A DNA stretch of 64,000 bases from Mytilus trossulus (taxonomy: Eukaryota), in NCBI RefSeq assembly GCF_036588685.1, contig NC_086381.1, positions 41,106,001-41,170,000 on the forward strand. The letters are read 5' to 3'. The notes beneath the pieces are model-generated. The model was not told the DNA's origin, made no database searches, and saw only the letters and a list, made by a program, of their open reading frames with translations. Shown here piece after piece: positions 52,501-64,000 of the stretch (position 1 is the first letter of the stretch; each line of letters opens with the position of its first letter). The position numbers were made by a program, and so were the translations under genes.

Positions 52501-54567
52501 TAGCACCGCTTTTATAGTATATATCTAATATCTAATTAACTTTTATAATCAAGATTTAATTAAGAATACATCCCATGATCAACAAGATATGTGTAAAACT
52601 GCTCCATCTCTATACTATATTATTATCTTCTTTTTTTTCTTTGCATTTTTCTTTCTTTTTTTTTTTTAAAGAATAATACTATCAAAAAAACTTTAGTTTA
52701 TAGCAGAAAGAAGTCTACTGTCGGAAATTCTTGTTAAGAATTATATTCTTAGACGGTGCAATCAGTTATCAAATATTTCTAAGCATTGAAACTGAAGTTA
52801 CATTTGAATTGTCTCTCTTTGTACAAGCTGTCAGATTATAAGATGCAAAGGAAGATTTTATGAAGAAAGTAGAAACAGATATTTCATTTGAATTAAATTG
52901 ATTCTATGCCTTTTTCAGATAACAAAACAAAGTATCAGATTATATTTTCAGTTCCAACCTATTGTTCTATTTCCACTTTAAAATTGAGAATAGAAATGGG
53001 GAATTTGTCAAAGAGACATCAATCAGAGCAAAGTTAAGTTCATCCTTCTGACCTGAGAGTAGTCTCAGTTCTGACTAACCCTCTATATACATGATGTTTT
53101 CCTCATGTAAAAAGGGAAACATGTAAGGATTTTTTTTTTTTATAAGCATTGTATCAAATTATTTAAACACAATTAACAATCTACATCAATAAAAGTACCT
53201 AATCTAAATTTGAGTAAAACTTAATCTAATAAATTTAAGCCTGAATCTGTGGTATGGGAGACAACTCTGTCTGGCTTAATGGTTTTTCATTGTGTTAAAA
53301 GGTGTCAACAATATGAAGCGATCTGATTGGCTGTGGATGTTTGCATGTATAAATCTGTCCTATAATTATCCACAAAGCACATGCTGTAATGTCAGAGTAG
53401 TATACACATGGAAAACCTTACCTAAATGGATTTAATCACATTATTTTTGGTGTTTATTCTTTGTTTTGTGGACTTTACGACTCCCAATAGGAACGATGAC
53501 ATGTGGGAAGCACTGTCGTGTAAGTACAACATCAATTGGAATTTAATTGGATCAATTTAAACTATTAAAAACAATCTATTTACATTAGGAAATTTTAACT
53601 ACTGTTTTGTAATTTGGTCTATAATAAAATGAAAATAAAATTCAGAAAAAAAAGACAATCAAATCATGACGAATGCTGTTAATTTAAAAAAAAAACAAAA
53701 AAAAAACATTTAATCAAAGTCACTTAACTGATACAATCAAAATTTAATTTCCTTAATTTTCCTCATAAAAAAGAAGCTAGGTTGCCAATAGGTAATTTTG
53801 GGGGGTAAAAAACATAGTTAAGTTTCAAATATTGACGAACACTTCTGAGTGTTTATCAACATGGTTAATCAAATAGTTAGATCTATTTACATCTAAATAT
53901 TTGTTTTACTTCAAAAGAGAGACAAATTAAACTGAACACTGTTCACTATGACAGAGGTTTAAAGTTCTAATAGGAATCTGAAGATTGGAAATAATGGCAG
54001 GTGATATAAGGATCTATAACTGATAATCGACAGAAAAATAAAAGAATAATATCCATATTTAGAAAAATTACAAATTATTACCATGGAAACCATAAATATA
54101 ATATTACACCTGTTATTAGTTCGCAGACTATTGATTAAATATGTATTTTATAGTTATTCCACATAAGGACTGACGAGTCTCAAGAGTGCTGATCAAACGT
54201 TCAGTTCCTTGGTAATGTTTGGATAGAACGGTTTAAAATGACACAATAACATGACATACCAAAAAAATAGGCTCCCAATTGATTTACAGTTTTCTGGATG
54301 CAAATAGAATAAATTGAAGCAATCTAAAAGTAAATATACTGTAAAATAATGACAGGACTAAGGTTAACACATTAATGTTCTAATATGCAAAACTAAAGTC
54401 TGAAGGAAACATATATCAATTCTCCTTTGAATGCATAGTTTCACATTTTGTCATGTCACTAAGGCCTTTCATAGTTCACTATATGGTATCGAGTTTCTTT
54501 ATTGTTGACAAAGACAGTATAAGGGTACATTAAGGGCATCAATGTACACTGGGTGATTATCTGTCTC

Positions 54568-54726
54568 CAGGCCTGTAGCCAGGAATTTCCAAGGGGGGGT
54601 TCGTTGGATTCACAAACTCGACTTTAACAGTCACAATTACATCAGAACATTGACTTCAACTGTGCTTATTTGTTTTCAAGGGGGGGGGGGGGGGGGTCGT
54701 TCAAATCCCCCCTGTCTACTGGTATG
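54568..54726. mobile_element. Diverged inverted copy of the same MITE family
   Basis: caggcctgtagccaggaatttccaagggggg... is the reverse complement of the 3' end of 44246..44383. Confidence 0.8.
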
Positions 54727-57700
54727 GTGTCTAAGAATCTTTTGACTTCTATCTTTTTTTATTTACCTTGGTGTTCAGTATTTTTGTCCATTGGTTCAAT
54801 TTAATCAGATGTTTTAGATATGTTTGAAGGCCTATAACAAAAAATGTCAAGTACTTTGCAATCTTTGATACTACTAGATATAAATAAATTCTCTATACAA
54901 ACCTGTCAGCCATTTCTATTCTGTCATTTTCTCATTGTTGGGATTAATGTCACTTACCTACAATAGAAAATAATAACAAGGTAAAAAACAAAAATAATAA
55001 AAAATTAATTGTTAGTCATTTAGCTGTGGTTACTAATAAGCAACATCATAATCTAAATCTTTTAAAAACTTAGGGTTAGTTTATTTCTCCATCAATATTA
55101 TAAGGGTTTAATCTGAGATTGTCTCTGTGACAGCATATCAAAATATACCATACATATAATATCAATGATAAATTCATATGAAGTTTCAGACATACGTACA
55201 CACACACAAAAAGAAATATAATTCTAAGTAAACAAAATCAAAATTTCCAGTAAACTTGAATTTACAAGCTGGAAAATTTTGACAAATGGAAAAGAAAGGA
55301 TGTGGTTTCATTTAATCAAAATTTCAACATTTTATGAAAATGACCATTCTCTAAACATTAAATTTATACTCATATATATACTAAAAAGAACAATATGATA
55401 CATGTCATTGTCTCTACTTGTCTCTACCCAGTGGATATGAATAGAAAGATTCACTATGTCATTTAAACGTATAAAATTGCATTTAGCAAGAGGTTATAGG
55501 TTCCTTTTATTTTCATCTTCCCGGCTATTCAAATTCATTTCGGCTCTGAGCATTTTTAATAAAGATTTATTGTAAATTCAGAACAGCGTGAACATAGTTA
55601 ATTCTTTTTTGAATTTTTAAAAACTACCCTTTTGTCATTCCTACATAGCTAATGACAGAATTTTTCCTTATTTTGTTTTCTTGAAAGAGTGAAACCTACC
55701 AATTGTAAATACCCAGCACCTTGCCAATTATCCGTTTCAAACAGTGCCATGCATTTTAAAGGTTTCAAACAGCACCCTGCCGATTATTGGTTTAAAACAT
55801 GACCATATGTAAATATGCTACTGAGGAAGTTAAATTACAAGTAACAAGGGAAAATTCATCTACATTCATCCATCATAGCTATATAACCAATGTCATACTT
55901 TTATTTGTTTTTCTCTCTAAATTGAATGAAAAATCAATGGCTAAAATCAACCTAATTATAGTCATACTGAAAATAAATCCACATAACACAACCACCTGGT
56001 CCTAAAAAAATTAGCTTCCTGTTGGTTGTAAATGTATGAATTTGTACGGTAAAATTTCAATTTAGCATCCGGAGTGTAGCATGAGTCTTGCTGTAGGACA
56101 TCGTACAACCCGATCATATCCCATGTATTGTATAGAGAAAATAGATTAAATTCTCAATCGATAAATAAATAGGAAAATACTCGAGAATCGTCGATCAATT
56201 TAGCGTTAACTTTAACGTTTGACTTGATTAAAGGTAACAGCATTAGGACTCTTCATTTCCGTTTTACACACTGGTATGGCTGACTTAAATTGGGAACTGA
56301 GACTTCAAAACATACTAATCAAAAACTGTTGTATGTCTTATTCTTCTTAGAGTTTAAATCATACAAAGACAACGTAACACAAAACCAATCTTTTTGTGAA
56401 AGCTTCCGTCAAATCCATGGGACTTTCTTTACTTTCATTTTTTGTTCTTTTGTTCTTGAGATGAATTTGCATGCATAAATCTATATACAACTTGGTTGAC
56501 AATAAAACCAATTTATTTTTTCATCCAATCTAATTTCAAATGCATGAAAAGTGTATAAACTTTTTCCTTTTCTTTTCCAAGTATAAAAAATTACCATTAA
56601 AAATGAGTATGCATGGAAAACTTTAAATTAATACTTAGATCAACAAGCAATTCACTTTCAATAAATCACCATAGACACATATAAATTTTAAAACTCCTCG
56701 CATTTTTTATTTGTCTATCCTATTTTTCTCAGGAGCCGCAGCAGTTTAGATGGTCAATTGTTAGTTCATGTCTTTCATACTTTTTGTTTTCATAACTCTA
56801 TTTGTTATAAATAAGCCTGTAAGTTTTATCAATTGAACTGTTTCGCATTTAAAACGACAGGGCATTTTGTAGCAAACTATACAGTATTGAATTTTATCAT
56901 TGTTGAAGGCTGTACAATGTAACCTGTACTTGCTTACATCCACTTCATTTGAACTTTGTGTATACTTGTCTCACCAGCAATCCTACCACATCACTTTATT
57001 TTTTGGTCTATAAATTATTTGTATTTGTACCAGTGTACCAATCAGCAAAATTTTGCAATGTCATATAAACATCTTGCAAAGCAAACTAAAATAACATTCA
57101 GTTCAATTGCCAACTGTAACAATAATATAAAAAATTTACTGATTTAAAAAATTACCTGATTCAGACAATATTATTTTTAAAACTTTTTTCAAAATTAGCT
57201 TTGTTTTTGCTTGGTGTGTAAATATCCTGTTGTGTCATATAAAGTTTGCATTTTTTTAAATGTCTGCTAGTTAAATTAGCTTTGTTAGGAAAACCCACAC
57301 AGGAATGAACATCGTCAGCACATATACCTATATATCAGTTAAGATAGGGAAAGTTATCATAGGGGATTCACAAATAAAATTGGGAGATTTCATTTTATGT
57401 TATAAAAATACAATAAATTTTCTGGTTATTACCTACCGGTATTTTAAACCAGACCACACAAACGGTTACATCTTAGAGATAATTTGTTCTAATTTTTATC
57501 GTGATCTTGGTGATAATTTGCTATTTTTTTTTATAGAATTTTATCCTGACTTTTAATTCACAGAAAGACAAAACGTGCAAAATGCCAGACACGATTTATC
57601 TTTAATAATAAGTTGTAAGTTCTGTTAGTATTTAACTAAATGAGAAGGAAAATGTCAGCCATCATGACTAAAAACTTAATTTAATTTGATATGATCTTTT

Positions 57701-60700
57701 GATACACTTTTTCAATATACTAATAAAGTAAGCATAGGCGCATGAGAGCCAGTGCTCTCCCTTCCTTTTGTGGGAAAAATCTGTTTGATTATATAGGGAA
57801 TCACTGAAGCATGACTGGAGCAGGCCCCCTGCCAATAAAAAGTTCTGGATCCACCATATAGGATAGCATTTTCAGCTCTAAAAAAGTAACTTCAAAGAGG
57901 TGACTTTTTTCAATCATTTAAAGTTTAATTGGAAAAAATTGAAATCATTAATTATTTAATCATCAAAACATTTATCGACTATCAAAAATAGATATTTGTA
58001 ACAGATCAGTATATATTCAAGTAAACATTGTGAAAAGGATAGGACAAATTCGGCAGAGAAATTTCTCACGAGATCTATCCATAAAAACACTTTTACTAGT
58101 AAAAGCTATATATTAGGAAAATAAAGAAGATTTGATCCAGTAGAGCTCACTGACATAACAGAAACAGGTGCCCTTTCAGATTATCGTAACAGCAAATTCA
58201 ATTATTCCATTATCTCACTTTTTACAGTCTACCGATTCCTATAAACAAATTATTACAATAGATATCAATATAGACATGATAAAAGTATAGATTCATTTAA
58301 TTCTCAGAGACTCAACAATATTTAATTTCAGTTTGATAGCACTTTCAGAAAATGGATACTTTCATTCATAAAATAATAAGTCTGTATATGAAATAAAGTA
58401 ATATATTATGAGTTCTAAGTTTTAACAAATAATTGAAATAAGGATAAATATTAAAAATACTTGATTTTTAAGACTTATCTACCCTCCCCCACCCCCTATA
58501 AACTAATATATTAGATATTCATGAATCAAGTACATGAAGTATGTATTTTAATTGACTTACCAACAACACATTTTACAATTAAAAGCAGTTGTAAAATAAA
58601 TAATAATTGTCATGACATCAGTACAACTATTTACCAAACCACTTACATAGATAGAAGAAAATTAAGTTTTATATTTAAGCCATGAAAATAATAAGAATCT
58701 GTATATGTTTGTTATCAGTGATAAGAAGAGTATTTGATGTGATTCTGGAGTGACTTAAGTATTTCTAGAGTACCAGTATCTCTCTGTTAATAATATTCAC
58801 TAATCAAATTAGACAATTATAATCAATTATTAAAATATTTTCCTTGTTTAATGGATTTCTATTGTCAAGCAAGTGAATAAATCTACACATTTAAATTCAA
58901 TTTAAAAGGGGCACCTGCTACCCTGTTATTCAATTATATATACTTTATATATCTTGTTGGTTTTAAAGATTTTTAAAGTGTGTTTTATTACAGTTAAAAG
59001 CTGTATATTTTGTTCCATTTGGTGAAGTGCTGATTAAAGCAATCTTAATATATAGTAATTAAGTATATAGTGCAATTTAAGGACAATATTCAACACTACA
59101 TTCAAATTTCCTCCCTAAAACTTAACAGAAAGGACAGAATAACAAAGCAATGTTTGTTTATCCCTCCCCTTAATCAATGTTTCTAAACATTACCAATCAC
59201 ACCCAATAATTCTCATTTAATTGTGTAAACCTTCATAAATAATCTGGATAAAATGACATAAAGATTGTGTATAAATAATGTAACATTACTTTGTATTATG
59301 TAAGGATAAATACAGCTGGATGGTAAAATGAGGATATAATCAAATTGTGTAAAGTTTAATAGAAAAAGCAGGTTCTATCTCAGTAACTTTCAGATTCATT
59401 TATTTTCTTAAGGAGAATTTAGCCCAGATGTTTGTTATAAAACTTTATCAAATGTCTATGACATCAGTGAGTGTCCTTAGTTAGCCGGCATGCCTCTCAA
59501 AATAAGAAAACAAACAGATCTTAACTATGTAAAACCAAACACACCTAAATTCATATACAATTGTCTTTTGTCTTATTGATTGTTTTTATATTTACATTTT
59601 TTTATAGATAAACATAAGCAATTTTTTTTTCGAACTCAGAGATGATTGTGCAAGTGTTAAACAGTACAATTTTTTTTGGATTTGTAACAAAGTACAAAGT
59701 TGTCCGTCTAAATGGATTAGAAATATGCACTGCAAAATTACTATATCCAATCAACGTATAAATCAAAAATTTCATAGACACAAATATATTTAAATGTTAT
59801 AATACATAAACCATTTTCAGATTATATTTTTCTAATGGGTGTTAAATGAAGTTCATCTTAAGTACAGACGTCAAGATAAACTTCAGTAAAACATTACTAA
59901 GGTCTGAAATACAATGGCATTATTAAGCTGGATCTACAGATATCTTTACAATTATTTTAAAGTCTGTCTGTAAGATATGTGTGTGGTATTAGGTTACATT
60001 TTAGTTATCTTAACCTTTGATATGGTTTAGTGTCATATATCATTTGGAAGAACACACACCACAATTATTTTAACTTGCGTTTATTTCTTATATTTGGACC
60101 AAATGCTTTTGTATTGTATGGTTTTCTAAAAGGGCTATATCTATTCCTAGTTATTTATATAAAAACCTAAACTGACCAAGTCGAAAAAATAATATCTTGA
60201 ATTTTTTATTTTTTTTATTTTATCATTTTATTCTAATTGAGACATTGACACTAATAGGTCTAACTTTAAAACACTTCCCAATAAATATCCAGGATAATTG
60301 GACACAGGTTTTGGTGACAAGAAGCACATACTACAGTTTTTGGCCTCAGCAGATTATTATAGATCTATAGTCCAAAAATAACCCAGACATGAAACCTGCA
60401 GAAATAAAGATAGGAAATCTGCATGACCTTCTTTACAAATTCAATAGAATATTATGACTGCATTGTACTGTTACACATCTAACAAAAAAATGATATTTTT
60501 ATCTCCATGTCAAGTCTAAATGAAAAAATATGGAATCTGAACGTAATTAATATCTGTCTGGAGAACAAAGAGAAGACCTTCAGTCCCTTGTTGTCCGTCT
60601 AAATGGATTAGAAATTCATTTCAGTTCATACAAATACATTGAGAGAATTATCTGAATAAAAAAATAATCTTTGTTCACACGTCGCGACGATTCTGTGAAA

Positions 60701-63700
60701 ACTATTGGAATCTCCTGACAATTAATACTTGGAAATTTACACAGATATTGTACACTGCACCATTACCACTGGGTAACTAGAGACATCGACACTTAGCATG
60801 CGTTAATGGTCCATTGTGTCACTAGTAGTAACGCCAAACTCAGTGGTTATAATACAGAGTTATTATTATGTGTTTTCAGACTTCTTATGTCAACATTATA
60901 ATATCTGATCCACATTTTTACATCAAGAGTACAGGTCATGACTTTAAAACAAATTGTTTTATACAATAGTATCAAGTTTACAGCATTATGCTACATGTTG
61001 TGGGAAATTCTTTGGAAAATTGCAACATGAAACATGAAGTACACTCGCGGGTGTTTTAACGGTGACATTTCCCAGGGTGGAGCTTCTCAATAAATAAAGC
61101 TGCCTCTAAAAAAAGAGTGCAGATTTCATATTATTAGGTGCACTTTATACATATAATAACAATGTGGTCATTATATTTGTAAATTTCATAATTTAGATAA
61201 AAATCTAAATATTTTCTGTATAAGACAACAGTGAAATACATTGTAACCAAAAGTGATTTGCATTTTAAGGTTTAATCTTTATTTTTAAAGACGTAGAACA
61301 ATTGCTACAGAAAAACACTCTAATGAAAACTTGTAATATCCTGAATCAAGCCTCCCAACAATCATCAATGTGTTTTAATTCATTCCGTTATCTTCCTGTT
61401 ATTGTTGTATATAACCTTCCGACCGATTCTATCCGCTGATTGTCTACGTTGATCTATGCTACAATCAACGTCAGTTTCTGTGACTACTGACAATTAAGAG
61501 AAATCTCCTATCATTCCAAACTATACTCCGGGAAGAACTTTGTAAATGTAACAGGACTCAATGATTGATCATATATGTGAGTTCAGTAATATACAAATCA
61601 AGTAACGGGGGATCCAAGTATAAAGATCCCATTCATTACTATACTTATAAAGGTCTGATCACAGAAATGTAGTGGTTGAATTAATCAATCTTTTTTTTCT
61701 TTGGGGGGGGGGGGGGGGGGGAGGGGAGGTAGGAGGTACCAGAAGCATTACTATTCTGAAATACTAATATGGATACTAATGGGTACTATTTACAATTGTT
61801 GTCCTATTAATCTTATTGTTACATTTTATTGTTGAACTGAAAAAGGTATTGTAGTGTTCTTTTGGTATCTATAATTCTATAATGACTTGTACTGGTATTG
61901 TAACTAGTTCTATTGATGAGTTGTTGCACAGGAACACCCTGCCTACAGCAGGAAATACAAACAAAGAAAGCAGTCATTATTTGACTTGATATTCTACCGA
62001 GCTACAAGGCATACCCTTCCTATAATATCAAGAATGGTCAGTCAATCATCTATTTATCAATACTTAGTTTATTTCCTTGGCGGGAAATAGCGGAGACAGC
62101 CTGATGGTCATTTGACTTATTATTTTGTGATTAAATCGTGTGTTTGTGCCAAACTTCCTTTACAGAAAACAGCGACCCAGGTGATACACTCTCCGTTCTA
62201 ATCACTGAGGAAATAATTACTTTCCTTTTCTTCAGTCAATTTATAGATTTACAGTAAGGAAGAAATAAGTTTTAATTAGAGAGAAAGATGACAGCCACAT
62301 GATGGTTCTACCTCCAGGTCGGAGAAATAAATTTCCAGTGGCAATTTTACATCCGATCTGTTGATGTTTTTGCTTTTTTTTCTTCGCTGCATATAGAACC
62401 TACACGCTATCTCATGACATTAGTTGCTATTTTGGGAATTGTTTTGACAGAAGAATTCAATGAAATAAAAAGTTTATGTTGCCTGAATTGTGTGTGACAT
62501 TGCATGTTATCCAGCAATGTAAAATAAGATGTTGTATATCTGGGATAAAACTATTGGTAACAAAGTGCTACATAGCTGATAACATGAATGGATTGATACG
62601 TTTAATGCTAAGAATAATCTTTCTCAAGTATCGTAAAATTAAATCCTATACATGGCCTGATAAGCATAAAATACAATAACAATTTTTTTTCTACTGCAAT
62701 ATCCTTGGTTACAAAACGTCCTTGGTAACTGTGTATCAAAGTGCATGAAGATATTTTCTTCATTTTAAATATTCTATAAGACATAGATTAATGACACTGA
62801 AAAAAGAGACCATTTTAAAACATTAAAAGATAATTTATAAATTCTGTTAGTATCAGACGCTATCTATTCCAAACTGCAACTCTAGCTTAAAGTAATAAAA
62901 TACAAAAGTCAATAATAAATATTTATAGTTTTTAGTCTGTTTATATCGAAAACAGGGAGGAATGTGACATATCAGCAGCTGGTTCCCTGTTGTTTAATAT
63001 CTATTTTGGAACCAAGGATTCCAAAGAGGAACCAACATTTTTTGTTGTTACAAGTTAACTGATTAGATGTCAAAAGCAAATGTCCAAGAAGACAACTGTA
63101 TATAAATGTTCTGATTAAGACAATAAAGCGTGTAATCTATTTTCTGCAACGTTACCGTCCTTAATCAGGCATACAACGTCTTTACAATGGATGAAATAGT
63201 ATCCCTGTTCCTAGACACTATTCTAAATCAATTTGACCTAATCTACCTCAGAAAAAGTCTGATGTTATCTCCCGTCTTAACGTCAGTTTGATGACAAAAA
63301 ATGGACAAATAAAGAGCTACGATTAATCAAAAACTATTTCTTAGAGAGCCATGGATGAATTTATGAATTCTCAAATAGATAGAAAATGATCTTCATCTCC
63401 TAGAAAGGTAAAAGTTTAATAGCTTTGTTTCGGAATCAGTTTACGATATCTGGCCAATAAAGATCCCCCATCGGACAACGTAAGATATGTTTATGAAGGT
63501 TTAAAGATGAACATGTATCAATATGTTTTAGAAATCGTCAAAATTACAATACGTACTGATCATTCCACGGATGGAAACGAGAAAGTAAAGAGAAACCATT
63601 AATTGAAAAGTTTGTTTTTGACATATAAGAAATTGGTTAAGATAGATAGGCGTAAGATTTTCGATTACATCACAACCTAAGGCTTAATGCAATATTTTCC

Positions 63701-64000
63701 AAATCATTTTTGAAATGTAACTTTTCAAAAGGTTCTGATTTTGATGTTAGCATCAATCAAACCATGTTATAATTCTCATTAATTTCCCTCCTTGACCAAT
63801 AACGTATAGATACAATATAACTTTAACTTTATTGTTCACCAAGTATTGTACCATAAATATTTAAAAGCTGAAGTCATAGCTTCATTAGATATTATGAATA
63901 TAACAATTTGTTTCCAGATATTAAATATAATTTGTACTGGTTACTCCGTCTTTTCATTGACAAATGGCGGGGGGAAACATTCAATATTATTTTGAATTCT

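Noticed and set aside
60400-64000. Stretch with slightly coding-like composition, possibly a decayed gene
   Set aside because: No sustained ORF or recognisable motif on either strand by eye; BLASTx would be needed.

Overview
AT-rich eukaryotic genomic DNA with GT-AG introns. The repeat families resemble those I recall from bivalves, probably Mytilus; this is an inference, not a search result. The window holds four intact, three-coding-exon, + strand genes of the DC-STAMP-domain family (DCST1/DCST2/Sneaky/SPE-42-like), arranged as a tandemly duplicated two-gene cassette A1-B1-A2-B2 with a unit of about 26 kb. Type A proteins carry N-terminal SH3 domains (two in A1, one in A2) and an ectodomain insert bracketed by two furin-type sites. 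Type B proteins carry an N-terminal PPxY motif. All four end in an 8-Cys RING-like domain. Paralogs are near-identical in membrane and cytosolic parts but divergent in the Cys-rich ectodomain. Several introns contain minisatellites that are amplified copies of their own splice junctions. Between A2 and B2 lies a 61-bp satellite whose monomer is a degenerate hammerhead-ribozyme core. It hosts nested insertions: a Helentron-like element, two short terminal-repeat elements, and a young GalEa-type Ty1/copia LTR element with identical LTRs. It has also been tandemly duplicated, so the empty pre-insertion site is preserved. The last ~10 kb has no supportable gene.
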